A stretch of 64,000 bases of DNA, taken from the NCBI GenBank assembly GCA_024742755.1, contig JANSXW010000017.1:2847-66846 (forward strand). Direction: 5' to 3'. Shown here piece after piece: positions 28,421-38,129 of this stretch. A program made the position numbers and the translations under genes. Under the pieces are notes generated by a model that saw nothing but the letters and a program-made list of their open reading frames with translations, did not search any database and was not told the origin of the DNA. Within the stretch, counting starts at the first letter, position 1; every line of letters begins with the position of its first letter. The stretch is from a bacterium. Lineage in GTDB: Bacteria; Bacteroidota; Bacteroidia; Chitinophagales; Saprospiraceae.

Positions 28421-28463
28421 TTACCTGATTGGGTAATTTTGACAAATTTACCTATTTGGGTAA
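28421..28463. promoter_or_regulatory. two tandem palindromic operators TTACC-N6-GGTAA
   Basis: TTACCtgattgGGTAA (28421-28436) and TTACCtatttgGGTAA (28448-28463), immediately upstream of tetR. Confidence 0.65.
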
Positions 28464-28540
28464 TATCAGTCAAGTTTTTGATTTCTTTTCCTAAAATATT
28501 TGTTGAAGCCACGTCTGTCAATTTTCGTTATCTTGTCCAC

Positions 28541-30088
28541 ATGAAGCAGTTACCTATCGGCATACAGGATTTCAAAGTGCTACGGGAAGGCAACTACATC
28601 TATGTGGACAAGACAGAACATATCCACCGGCTGGCTACTACGGGAAAGTATTACTTTCTCTCCAGGCCGAGGAGGTTTGGAAAGTCCTTGTTGCTCACCA
28701 CAATACGCGACTTATATGCGGGCAGGAAGTCTTTGTTTGAAGACCTGTGGATTGAAAACCGCTGGGACTGGGCCGCTGCGTCTCCGGTGCTGCATTTCTC
28801 TTTCGACAAAATCAATTACGCTCAGGAAGGCCTTGACAATGCACTGGTATACGATCTAAACCGTAAGGCAGAGCGCTTCGGCATTACCCTTACTGCACCG
28901 GATTATAAATCGCTGTTTGTAGAACTCCTGGAGAAAGTGGCTGCTGAGAACGGTCCCATAGTTTTGCTAATTGACGAATATGATAAGCCTATCCTGGATT
29001 ACCTAAGCGAGGAGGATTTGAACACCGCGAAAGCGAATCGACATATCTTGCGCGAATTTTATGGTATCATCAAAGGTTCAGATGCCGATTTGCGGTTTGT
29101 TTTACTTACCGGCGTATCCAAATTTGCCAAGGTTTCTGTGTTTTCTCATCTCAACAACCTTAATGACCTTACGCTGCACCGCGAATACGCAACGCTGACC
29201 GGATATACGCAGACAGAGCTGGAACATTACTTTACGGATTACCTAGCCGCTGCAAAAACAGCTCTGGAAATCAGCGAGCCAAACCTTCTAAAAACCGTGA
29301 AAAACTGGTACAATGGCTATTCCTGGGACGGCGAGCATAAAGTCTACAATCCTTTTGGAATCCTCAACTTCTTCAGCAACAAAGCATTTTCCAATTTCTG
29401 GTTCTCAACGGGCAGCCCAAGGTTTCTGATCGAACAGATGAAAAAGCAGGGGGTCTATCAGGTAGAGGATATCGAAGTCAGCAATACGGCTTTTGAGCGC
29501 TTTGATATTGAAAATTTGACACTTGTTCCTTTGCTGTTTCAGTCCGGCTACCTTACGGTAAAATCGTCTAACCGGATGACTGGGGAATATCTTCTGGGAT
29601 ACCCTAACCTTGAGGTGCAGGAAAGTATGTATGAGCATTTGATTGATGAGCTGGCACATAATCCCAGCCGGCTGAACACCGGCCGAACGATTCAGGACAT
29701 GCAGCATGCTTTTGTAAAAAATGACCTGGATGAGGTACGCGATATTTTGGAAGCTATATTGTCTGACCTTCCCTACGAGGTATTTGACCGAAAATCCGAA
29801 GGATTATACCATGGGCTTGTCCATCTGATTTTTAATTACTTGGGGATTTATGCACAAAGTGAGGTACACTCCTCCAAAGGCAGGGCGGATGCCATAGTGG
29901 AAACCTCAACGCATGTATATATTTTTGAATTCAAGTTTGATCAATCTGCAGAGGCAGCCCTTGAGCAAATACTTGCAAAAGCATACGCTGACCGATACCG
30001 CGGCTCTAAAAAAAATATCACCGGCATAGGCGTTAACTTCAAACCTGACCACCGGGCGGCTTTAGATTGGAAGGAGGCCCACTTATAG
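28541..30088 (+). CDS. AAA-ATPase-like protein with C-terminal PD-(D/E)XK nuclease domain
   Basis: LPIGIQDF, YVDKT, SRPRRFGKSL, LIDEYDKP, TGVSKF, WYNGY, YNPF and C-terminal GRADA...IFEFK...ALEQI. Start moved to MKQLP. Confidence 0.9.
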   Translation: MKQLPIGIQDFKVLREGNYIYVDKTEHIHRLATTGKYYFLSRPRRFGKSLLLTTIRDLYAGRKSLFEDLWIENRWDWAAASPVLHFSFDKINYAQEGLDNALVYDLNRKAERFGITLTAPDYKSLFVELLEKVAAENGPIVLLIDEYDKPILDYLSEEDLNTAKANRHILREFYGIIKGSDADLRFVLLTGVSKFAKVSVFSHLNNLNDLTLHREYATLTGYTQTELEHYFTDYLAAAKTALEISEPNLLKTVKNWYNGYSWDGEHKVYNPFGILNFFSNKAFSNFWFSTGSPRFLIEQMKKQGVYQVEDIEVSNTAFERFDIENLTLVPLLFQSGYLTVKSSNRMTGEYLLGYPNLEVQESMYEHLIDELAHNPSRLNTGRTIQDMQHAFVKNDLDEVRDILEAILSDLPYEVFDRKSEGLYHGLVHLIFNYLGIYAQSEVHSSKGRADAIVETSTHVYIFEFKFDQSAEAALEQILAKAYADRYRGSKKNITGIGVNFKPDHRAALDWKEAHL

Positions 30089-30110
30089 CACCCCTCCCCC
30101 AATAATTCCT

Positions 30111-30118
30111 TACCTTTG
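30111..30118 (+). promoter_or_regulatory. sigma-A -7 box for dapD-pth (TACCTTTG)
   Basis: TAnnTTTG 20 bp upstream of the dapD ATG. Confidence 0.65.
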
Positions 30119-30137
30119 CGCCCTCAAACATCCCGAT

Positions 30138-30956
30138 ATGGAAAATCTGCAACAACTCATCGATAACGCCTGGGAAGACCGGTCCCAGCTCAACGAAAAG
30201 CCGGTACAGGAAGCCATTCAGCACGTTATGGCTCAACTCGATCAGGGCAAGCTGCGCGTAGCCGAGCCCACTGAGGATGGCGAATGGAAAGTCAACGAGT
30301 GGGTCAAAAAAGCCGTGGTCCTTTACTTTCCGCTGGCGCAAATGGAAACCATTGAAGTGGGGCCTTTTGAATTCCACGATAAGATTCCGCTCAAAAAGAA
30401 CTACAAGGCACAGGGCGTACGGGTGGTACCCCATGCCATTGCCCGCTACGGTGCCTATCTGGAAGAAGGCGTCATCATGATGCCCAGCTACGTGAATCTG
30501 GGCGCATGGGTCGGCAGCGGCACTATGGTGGACACCTGGGCAACCGTGGGCTCCTGCGCACAGATTGGCCGTAATGTGCACCTGAGCGGAGGCGTGGGCA
30601 TCGGCGGCGTGCTGGAACCCCTGCAGGCTACACCAACCATTATTGAAGATAACTGCTTTATCGGGTCCCGCAGCATCGTCGTGGAAGGCGTGCGGGTGGA
30701 GCGCGAGGCCGTCCTGGGCGCCAACGTGGTACTCACCCAGTCTACCCGCATCATCGATGTGACCGGTGCAGAACCCGTAACCTACAAAGGCCGGGTACCG
30801 GCTCGTTCCGTCGTCATCCCGGGTACTTACCCCAAGGAGTTCCCGGCGGGCACCTATCAGGTAGCCTGCGCGTTGATCATTGGGCAGCGCAAGCCGAGCA
30901 CCGACAAGAAGACCAGCCTGAATGATGCCCTGCGCGAATTCAACGTAGCGGTTTAA
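30138..30956 (+). CDS. dapD: 2,3,4,5-tetrahydropyridine-2,6-dicarboxylate N-succinyltransferase
   Basis: WKVNEWVKKAV, DKIPLK, RVVPHA, MPSYVN, MVDTWATVGSCAQIG and GGVLEPLQA. Confidence 0.97.
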   Translation: MENLQQLIDNAWEDRSQLNEKPVQEAIQHVMAQLDQGKLRVAEPTEDGEWKVNEWVKKAVVLYFPLAQMETIEVGPFEFHDKIPLKKNYKAQGVRVVPHAIARYGAYLEEGVIMMPSYVNLGAWVGSGTMVDTWATVGSCAQIGRNVHLSGGVGIGGVLEPLQATPTIIEDNCFIGSRSIVVEGVRVEREAVLGANVVLTQSTRIIDVTGAEPVTYKGRVPARSVVIPGTYPKEFPAGTYQVACALIIGQRKPSTDKKTSLNDALREFNVAV

Positions 30957-31570
30957 TGAACTGGCTATTCGATTTATTCCGGAAAAAAGAGACCATACCT
31001 GCTGATCCTATGAAGTATCTGATTGCGGGCCTCGGCAATATTGGGGCGAAATACGACAACACCCGGCACAACATCGGCTTCGACGTAGTAGATGCCCTGG
31101 CGGAAAAGCACGGGGGCGAGTGGGCGACTGAGAAACTGGGGGATGTAGCGACGATCAAGCAGCGCGGCCGCACCTACGTATTGCTCAAGCCATCTACCTA
31201 CATGAACCGCAGCGGTAAGGCCGTGCACTATTGGATGCAAAAGGAGAAGATCGACAAAAACCGCCTGCTCGTGGTGATGGACGACCTCAACCTTGATTTT
31301 GGCAAAATCCGCCTGCGCGGCAAAGGCAGCGACGGGGGGCACAACGGTCTTAAGGACATCGATCAGGTGACCGGAGGCAACAACTACGCCCGCCTGCGTA
31401 TCGGTATCGGCAACGAGTTTTCGAAAGGACAGCAGGTCGATTACGTGCTCGGTGAGTGGTCTTCCGAACAGCAGGATGAACTGCCTAAACTCGTTGAGCG
31501 GGCAGCAGAAGCCTGTATCGCATTTGGTGCGATTGGGCTGCAGCATGCTATGAGTCAGTACAATGGGTAA
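30956..31570 (+). CDS. pth: peptidyl-tRNA hydrolase
   Basis: LIAGLGNIG.KYDNTRHNIGF, KPSTYMNRSG, GSDGGHNGL and RLRIGIG. TAATG overlap with dapD. Confidence 0.97.
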   Translation: MNWLFDLFRKKETIPADPMKYLIAGLGNIGAKYDNTRHNIGFDVVDALAEKHGGEWATEKLGDVATIKQRGRTYVLLKPSTYMNRSGKAVHYWMQKEKIDKNRLLVVMDDLNLDFGKIRLRGKGSDGGHNGLKDIDQVTGGNNYARLRIGIGNEFSKGQQVDYVLGEWSSEQQDELPKLVERAAEACIAFGAIGLQHAMSQYNG

Positions 31571-31705
31571 AAAGCTGTAAAGTTGAGCGCGGCATCCCCT
31601 TAGGCGCCTTCGCCAAGCCCTTAAATGTGGATTGGAACCAACCTTCTCCATGGGCTTACGGGGATTTCCCTCTGATGGGCAACGGTTAAAAACGGTACAC
31701 CTGGT

Positions 31706-33784
31706 TTACAGCGCCTCTCGTTTGCGGATCGTGAACACCATTGTAACCCCCTGATCATTCAGGCCGGGGCGCTCAATATGGATTTCGCCCCCCATTTTAT
31801 TGACCAGCTTTTTGACAATCGACAAGCCCAGCCCGCTACCGGTATACTCTTCCCGGGCATGCAGGCGCTTGAACATATTGAACACATAATTATCATACTC
31901 AGCCGGGATGCCAATGCCATTATCAGCCACCCTGAAGGTGTAGTGTGTAGCAGACTCTGCACAGCTCAGCTCTATACGGGCAACCTCGTTTTGGTTGTAC
32001 TTCCAGGCGTTTTCGAAAAGGTTTTTAAGTACGATTTTCAACAGCTTATCCGGCACCGTCATTTCTTGTTCTGCAAAAGCAACCGTCCCGTTTTTTTCCT
32101 TAATGATTGAATCCAGATCAGTTTGTACCGTGCGGACCAGTTCGCCAAGGTTGGTGGTTGCGTAATGTTTTTTGGTTTCTTCCAGTTGAGTGAAGCTGAA
32201 CACATCACGGATAAGCTCGTCAAGTTGGAGGGCACTGCGGGAAATATACCCCAGGAACTCCTCCATGTTTTCAGTATCTCCATTTTTCAGGCGGCGGCCG
32301 ATGAGGGTGGCAAACCGGTTGATATTACGGACAGGTTCCTTCATGTCATGGGAGGTGATGTAGGCGAACTGCCGAAGTTCCTGATTGGCGAGCTGTAGCT
32401 GATCGTTAGCATTTTGCAATTGCTGAGTCCGGGCGAGGACTTGTGCTTCCAGGCGCCGGTTGGTCTGTATTTTGAGGCGGTAAAAGAACCCTAAAACGGT
32501 AATCAGCGCAACCGCCAGGGTACCAAGGACCATGTACAGTTTATTGAGCCGGTCTTGCAGGGCTAATTTTTCCTGCAGCCGGAGATTGGCCCGTTTGTGC
32601 TCAGCCACATCGAACTGTGTTTGCATATAAGCGACCTGCCGGCTGCGGTCGAGGGTAAGCAGGGAGTCATTGAGCAGCTTGAATGCTTTGTGGTAACCTA
32701 AAGCTTTGCCGGCGTCCCCCTTTTGCTCATACAGGTCAGAAAGTACGCCGAGCACCGTCTTCTGCTCATTCGTAACCCCTGTTTTTTCGTACAGATCAAG
32801 TGCCTTAAGCAGCTCGGGTTCTGCGGAGCCAATATCGCCTTTTTTGAAGTAGGTATAACCCAGACATTTACAGCAATGCGCCTGCCCGTAAATGTCACCT
32901 ATTCTTTTGTACTCTTCCAGCCCGGTACGGCAATAGTACAATGCACTGTCTGCCTGTTCCAATTGAGCAAAAGACCACCCCATGTTGATGCCGGCAGAGA
33001 ACATGGCGTAATCCATCCCCCTTTCTGCAGCATATTGCTTTCCTGCCCTGAAGACTTCCAGTGCCTGCTGATGCCTGCCTTGCAACTGCAGCCCGATACC
33101 CCGGTGTATATGCCCGAAGGCCACGCCATTCGGACGGTTGAGCGAATCCAAAACGGCAATAGAGACCCGATACAGGGAATCGGTATGCTCGAAGTCCCCA
33201 AGGTTGGTCAGCACATCGGCCAGCAGGAGTTTAATATCGAACTCCATCATCCGACTGTAGTCCTGTTGATTGGCCTCCAGCGCACCCAGCAAGGCTTCAT
33301 AGGCGCTGTTATACTCGCCCTGCAACAAAAATATGTAGCCACGGGACCGTAGTCCCCAAGCCTGTTCTTCCAAATCCCCCAGACTCCTGTACAGGTACAT
33401 CAAAGAATCATTGTACAACAGCCCCCTCTCAAAATTCCCCTGATAAAGCTCAGCTTGCTGCAAAAACTTGTAAGCCTTTGCCGTACTCGTATCCTGACGG
33501 CCCCGTACTAATTCCAGTGCCTGCCTTGTAAGTCCAATTGCCTGCTTGCTATCCGTGCGCAACACAGGTTCCGCAGCTTCAAACAAAAGCTGTACCTGCT
33601 CCTCCCTGGAATCTGCCTGCTTAAGCAAAAGCATTAAAGAGTCTTCCTGAGTGGGTTGCGCAGCTCCCACGATAGCCGATAAGAGCAATGACAGTGCAAA
33701 GAAAGACCGGATCTTCTTCCTGTTACTGATTTGTTTTGTCCTGTGCATAATACCTGGGCTTGTACCCCCTGTTAGATCTGCCAT
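31706..33784 (-). CDS. TPR-repeat membrane sensor histidine kinase
   Basis: N-terminal hydrophobic segment, TPR repeats, TM helix LYMVLGTLAVALITVLGFFY, H-box SHDMKEP, and NAWKY, DNGIG and GSGLGL motifs. Start uncertain (33784 or 33748). Confidence 0.9.
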   Translation of the reverse strand: MADLTGGTSPGIMHRTKQISNRKKIRSFFALSLLLSAIVGAAQPTQEDSLMLLLKQADSREEQVQLLFEAAEPVLRTDSKQAIGLTRQALELVRGRQDTSTAKAYKFLQQAELYQGNFERGLLYNDSLMYLYRSLGDLEEQAWGLRSRGYIFLLQGEYNSAYEALLGALEANQQDYSRMMEFDIKLLLADVLTNLGDFEHTDSLYRVSIAVLDSLNRPNGVAFGHIHRGIGLQLQGRHQQALEVFRAGKQYAAERGMDYAMFSAGINMGWSFAQLEQADSALYYCRTGLEEYKRIGDIYGQAHCCKCLGYTYFKKGDIGSAEPELLKALDLYEKTGVTNEQKTVLGVLSDLYEQKGDAGKALGYHKAFKLLNDSLLTLDRSRQVAYMQTQFDVAEHKRANLRLQEKLALQDRLNKLYMVLGTLAVALITVLGFFYRLKIQTNRRLEAQVLARTQQLQNANDQLQLANQELRQFAYITSHDMKEPVRNINRFATLIGRRLKNGDTENMEEFLGYISRSALQLDELIRDVFSFTQLEETKKHYATTNLGELVRTVQTDLDSIIKEKNGTVAFAEQEMTVPDKLLKIVLKNLFENAWKYNQNEVARIELSCAESATHYTFRVADNGIGIPAEYDNYVFNMFKRLHAREEYTGSGLGLSIVKKLVNKMGGEIHIERPGLNDQGVTMVFTIRKREAL

Positions 33785-34005
33785 CCTGAAGACCAGCGCA
33801 ATAGCGGGCTCAGGTTAAGTCTAAGGGCATGCTTCCGCCATAGAATTAACAGTGTAACGATGGGAGAAAAGCTTTTAACATGGTCCTGAAAACTGACGGG
33901 CGAAAGTCAATCGAGATTGATTTCCACCGAATGGATTTGCTTTGGACCTAAATAAATGCTTAGCAAGATAGAAAAGTTCAGGCTAAACACAGCATAAAAC
34001 CTCAT

Positions 34006-34239
34006 TCACACCTCCTTCAGCCGGATAATCTTCACCGGGCAGTTGCCGGCAGCGCGGGCATTGGCATCGTACTCCAGCCAGTTGACTTCCTTGAGGTAGT
34101 ACTGCCCCCGCTGCCTGCTTTTGCGCAGGTAGCTTTTGCCATCCGTTTTGGAGATGACCCAATGATCAGGCGCAGCCTCCACGCAGGCATTGCAGCCAAT
34201 GCACTTATGCCGCAGAAAACTTATTTGTATTTGGCTCAA
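34006..34239 (-). CDS. ferredoxin
   Basis: KCIGCNACVEAAP...CPVKII. Probable TTG start at 34239, overlapping the end of the U32 gene. Confidence 0.8.
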   Translation of the reverse strand: MSQIQISFLRHKCIGCNACVEAAPDHWVISKTDGKSYLRKSRQRGQYYLKEVNWLEYDANARAAGNCPVKIIRLKEV

Positions 34240-35458
34240 CTTTGTACAATTTATCGGATGGGCGGATTTTCTCACCTACCGGCATGGAGAAGTGAACGCC
34301 CCGCCGGTTGATGGCCTCCACCGGTTGCTCCTCCAGGTGCAGGGAAGTGACTTTGGTACGCAGGTAGCCGGTGGTAGGGCCAGTGATGATGACCTCATCG
34401 CCCAGGCGCAGGCCGCCCGACTGCAACTTGAACTCGCCTATGCCAATTCCACTAAAATATTTGATGCCCGTGCCCAGGAATACCTTGCGTTCTTTGGCCA
34501 CCGAGCCGGGTGTATCCGTCCATTCGCCCATTTTCTGCCCCAGGTAGTAGCCGCCCCAGAAGCCGCGGTTGTAGACCTGCTCCAGGCGTTCCATCCATTC
34601 GTCTACCCTGCTGCTGTTAAAGGTGCCTTTGGCGATAGTGTCCAGCGCTTCGCGGTAGCAGCGCGTGACTTCATAGACGTATTCCGGGCTTTTGCTGCGG
34701 CCTTCTATTTTGAAAACGCCCACACCAGCTTCTACCAGTTTATCGAGGAAGCCGATGGTGTTCAGGTCTTTGGGCGACATGATGTATTCGTTGTCGATTA
34801 GCAGCTCGTGCCCTTCTTCATCCTTCACAGTATAAGTGCGGCGGCAGTTTTGCTTGCAGGCACCCCGGTTGGCGGAGGAGTTGTGGGTGTGCAGGCTGAG
34901 GTAGCATTTGCCGGAAACGGCCATGCAAAGCGCACCGTGCACAAAGGCCTCGATTTGTACCGGTTTCCCGGAAGGGCCGCAGATATTTTGCTGCTCAATG
35001 GCCCGGCAGATATGCGCTACCTGTGAGAGGGTAAGCTCGCGCGAAAGCACCATGACTTCAGCAAACTGCGCGTAAAACTTCACCGCTTCCACATTCGTGA
35101 TATTGGCCTGCGTGGAAAGATGGACGTCCACGCCCAGCTCCCGGGCGTACTGCATCACGCCCGGCTCCATAGCGATGACAGCATCTATCTGGTGCTCGGC
35201 GGCAGCCTCCACGATACGGCGCATCATCGGCAGATCGTGGTCGTAGAGAACCGTATTGAGCGTAATGTAGGACCGCACCCCGGCAGCCCGGCAAAGGCGG
35301 CTCACCTCCGGTAGGTCGTCCAGCGTAAAGTTATTGGCGGAGCGGGCGCGCATATTCAGTTGCTCCACTCCAAAGTAAACCGCATCCGCACCAGCGTCTA
35401 TCGCGGCAGTCAGGCTGTCAAAAGCCCCGGCAGGGGCCAGCAATTCCAGTCTTTGCAT
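34205..35458 (-). CDS. peptidase U32 family protein (TrhP/YegQ-like tRNA hydroxylase)
   Basis: LELLAPAG, GADAVYFG, STQAN, EAFVHGALCMAVSGKCYLS, NRGACKQNCR, MSPKDL and KIEGRSK. Confidence 0.88.
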   Translation of the reverse strand: MQRLELLAPAGAFDSLTAAIDAGADAVYFGVEQLNMRARSANNFTLDDLPEVSRLCRAAGVRSYITLNTVLYDHDLPMMRRIVEAAAEHQIDAVIAMEPGVMQYARELGVDVHLSTQANITNVEAVKFYAQFAEVMVLSRELTLSQVAHICRAIEQQNICGPSGKPVQIEAFVHGALCMAVSGKCYLSLHTHNSSANRGACKQNCRRTYTVKDEEGHELLIDNEYIMSPKDLNTIGFLDKLVEAGVGVFKIEGRSKSPEYVYEVTRCYREALDTIAKGTFNSSRVDEWMERLEQVYNRGFWGGYYLGQKMGEWTDTPGSVAKERKVFLGTGIKYFSGIGIGEFKLQSGGLRLGDEVIITGPTTGYLRTKVTSLHLEEQPVEAINRRGVHFSMPVGEKIRPSDKLYKVEPNTNKFSAA

Positions 35459-35599
35459 TTTCCGGCAGTATTTTCAGCCTGCAAAGATCGGGGGAAACGG
35501 CCGGACGGCAAGTGATATTTGTCATGCGCACCAGGCCGATATTAACCTTGCATTAAGCAACTAGCGGGCGTTAAATCTGTATCATGAAGCAGAAGCTCC

Positions 35600-35607
35600 T
35601 ATATTTG
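35600..35607 (+). promoter_or_regulatory. sigma-A -7 box for lptC (TATATTTG)
   Basis: TAnnTTTG 24 bp before the ATG at 35631. Confidence 0.55.
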
Positions 35608-35630
35608 TACTATGATATCAAATCGCACTT

Positions 35631-36188
35631 ATGATTAGAGCCTTTTGGGTAAGTATGGTTTTGCTGCTTGCGGCGAGTTGTAAGAATGACCTTGCAGAAA
35701 TCGAAGCGCTCAACGAGCAGCTGCGCGTGGACGTGGAAACCGCTAAAGAAGTGGAAATTCTGTACAGTGATTCGGCACAGGTAAGGGTGCGGGTCACCGG
35801 GCCTACCATGCTCTACCACCTCGACCGGGCAGAGCCGGAGCAGGAATTCCCGGATGGGGTCAATGTGGAGTTTTTCGGGCCGGACGGCGAGGTGACGAGT
35901 CAGCTGACAGCCCTGTACGGCCTGCGCAGGCAGAACAAGAAGGAAGTGGTGGTCCGCGACAGCGTAGTCTGGAAAAGCGTGGAAGGGGACACCCTCGAAA
36001 CCGAAGAACTCTTCTGGGACGAACGCCGGGAAAAAATCTACTCCAACAAGTTTGTGGTCATCACCCGGCCCGATGAGGTCATCTATGGCCATGGTTTTGA
36101 GGCGGACCAGGATTTTTCCTACTCCCGCATCAACGCTATAGAAGGGCGCATCAAAGTAGACAACCCCGATAAACAAGATAACCCCTGA
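35631..36188 (+). CDS. lptC: LPS export ABC transporter periplasmic protein LptC
   Basis: Lipobox AASC, ILYSDSA, EFPDGV.VEF, LETEELFWD, IYSNKFV.I and GHGFEADQDF (Bacteroidota LptC pattern). Confidence 0.85.
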   Translation: MIRAFWVSMVLLLAASCKNDLAEIEALNEQLRVDVETAKEVEILYSDSAQVRVRVTGPTMLYHLDRAEPEQEFPDGVNVEFFGPDGEVTSQLTALYGLRRQNKKEVVVRDSVVWKSVEGDTLETEELFWDERREKIYSNKFVVITRPDEVIYGHGFEADQDFSYSRINAIEGRIKVDNPDKQDNP

Positions 36189-37450
36189 TGCTCATTGGAC
36201 TGATTATATTATCCCTGGTGCTCTCCGCGCTGTTCTCCGGTACGGAAATCGCCTTTGTCTCCGCCAACAAGCTTCGGGTGGAGATCAAGAAAAAGAAAAG
36301 TGCCCGCCGGGGCAGCATCATCTCTGGTTTTTACAATGACCCGGCCAGTTTCCTGGGCACTATGCTCGTGGGCAACAACATCGCCCTGGTGCTTTTCACC
36401 ACGCTCATGACCAAGCTCATCGAGCCCTACTTTTTGGAGTGGATGCCCTTTCTGTCGGAGCGGCCACTGGCTCTGCTTCTGCTGGAGACCCTCGTCATCA
36501 CCATCGTCGTCCTCATTTTCGGGGAGTTCCTGCCCAAGACCCTTTTCCGCCTTTTTGCCGATCAGGTGCTTTACTTTCTGGCCGTGCCCCTGCAACTGCT
36601 CAAGTGGATACTGCTGGCACCTTCCTGGCTCATGACCAAGCTGTCGAATCAGCTGCTGCGCCTGTTGCGCACGCCGGTGGAGCAGGTGGATAATGCTTTT
36701 ACCCGCCTGGACCTGGAGCACTTCATACAAGGCGCGCAGGGAGACGAGGAAGAAGATATCGACCGGGAGCTCTTTGGCAAGGCCCTTAACCTGAGGGGCG
36801 TAAGGGTGCGGGAGTGCATGATTCCCCGGCCCGAGATTGAAAACATTGACGTGACGGCTACAGTGGAAGACCTGGAACAGCTCTTCCGGGAAACCAAGCT
36901 CTCGCGCATCATCGTCACCAATCAGGATATAGACAATGTACTTGGGTACATTCACCATCAGCAACTGCTGAAGCGGCCCAGGTCCATCAGCCGGGAGATT
37001 ATGGACCTGCCGTATGTACCGGAAGCCATGCCCGTGGCGGACCTGCTGAGCCGCTTCATCCGCGACCGGATCAACATCGCTATGGTGGTAGACGAATTCG
37101 GCGGCATTTCCGGCCTCATCACGATGGAAGATATTCTGGAAGAGCTCTTTGGCGAAATTGAAGACGAGCACGATCAGGAGGAGCATGTGGAGCGCGTTAT
37201 TGAGGAAGGGCAGGAGTATATCTTCTCCGGCCGCCTGGAGGTCGACTACCTCAATGAGAAATACCATCTGGATTTGCCGGAAGGCGACTACCACACCCTG
37301 TCCGGCTACATCGTCACGCAGACCGGCACCATACCCGAGCAAAACGACGAACTGATTTTTGGCGGTTATAAATTTGTGCTCGAACTGGTCAGCGATACTA
37401 AAATCGAGACCATACGCATGATCAAAAAAGAACCTTTATCTTTGGCATAA
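36188..37450 (+). CDS. hemolysin-family CNNM/CBS/CorC transporter-associated protein
   Basis: SALFSGTEIAF, MLVGNN, FGEFLPK, CBS pair (VDEFGGISGLITMEDILEE) and CorC_HlyC domain. Confidence 0.92.
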   Translation: MLIGLIILSLVLSALFSGTEIAFVSANKLRVEIKKKKSARRGSIISGFYNDPASFLGTMLVGNNIALVLFTTLMTKLIEPYFLEWMPFLSERPLALLLLETLVITIVVLIFGEFLPKTLFRLFADQVLYFLAVPLQLLKWILLAPSWLMTKLSNQLLRLLRTPVEQVDNAFTRLDLEHFIQGAQGDEEEDIDRELFGKALNLRGVRVRECMIPRPEIENIDVTATVEDLEQLFRETKLSRIIVTNQDIDNVLGYIHHQQLLKRPRSISREIMDLPYVPEAMPVADLLSRFIRDRINIAMVVDEFGGISGLITMEDILEELFGEIEDEHDQEEHVERVIEEGQEYIFSGRLEVDYLNEKYHLDLPEGDYHTLSGYIVTQTGTIPEQNDELIFGGYKFVLELVSDTKIETIRMIKKEPLSLA

Positions 37451-37451
37451 A

Positions 37452-38129
37452 ATGAGTGCCGCTATGATTACCCCGCCTACTTTTGACTTCCTCCGCGACC
37501 TGAAAGCCAACAACAACCGCGATTGGTTTACCGAACATAAGCCGCGCTACCAAACCGCCCACAAGGAGTTCAAGGCTTTCGCCAATGTACTGCTGGATGA
37601 AGTCTCCCACCACGATGAAATTGAAAACCTGCAGTTGTTCCGGATCTACCGTGACGTGCGCTTTTCCAAAGATAAGACGCCCTATAAGCCCCACTTCAGC
37701 GGAAGCATGGTTCGGGCGACCAAATGGCGGCGCGGCGGTTATTACTTCCATATTTCACCCGGCGGTTCCTTTGCCGGCGGTGGCTTTTGGGACCCGAATG
37801 CAGAGGACCTTAAGCGCATTCGTACTGAAATCGATCATCATGCTGAAGATATGCGCGAAGTCCTTCAGCACCCGGAGCTCCAACAATACTTTAACGGGCT
37901 GGAAGGCGATCAGGTGAAGACCGCACCCCGCGGCTTCTCCAAAGACCACCCGGCCATCGATCTCCTGCGCTACAAACAGTTTTTGCTCACCCACCCCTTT
38001 ACCGATGAGGAAGTGCTCGCCCCGGACTTTGCGCAACAACTAAGCCGGGTATTCCAGGCAATGCGCCCGTTCTTTGATTACATGAGCGAGGTGCTGACGA
38101 CGGATGAGAATGGGGTGCCAATTGAATAG
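37452..38129 (+). CDS. DUF2461 (TIGR02453-like) protein
   Basis: FLRDLKANNNRDWF, FRIYRDVRFSKDKTPYK, GYYFHISPG and APRGFSKDHP. Confidence 0.9.
   Translation: MSAAMITPPTFDFLRDLKANNNRDWFTEHKPRYQTAHKEFKAFANVLLDEVSHHDEIENLQLFRIYRDVRFSKDKTPYKPHFSGSMVRATKWRRGGYYFHISPGGSFAGGGFWDPNAEDLKRIRTEIDHHAEDMREVLQHPELQQYFNGLEGDQVKTAPRGFSKDHPAIDLLRYKQFLLTHPFTDEEVLAPDFAQQLSRVFQAMRPFFDYMSEVLTTDENGVPIE

Noticed and set aside
30956-31010. N-terminal extension of Pth (MNWLFDLFRKK...) as a novelty
   Set aside because: Similar short amphipathic extensions are, from recollection, common in Bacteroidota Pth proteins, and the start may alternatively be the downstream Met.
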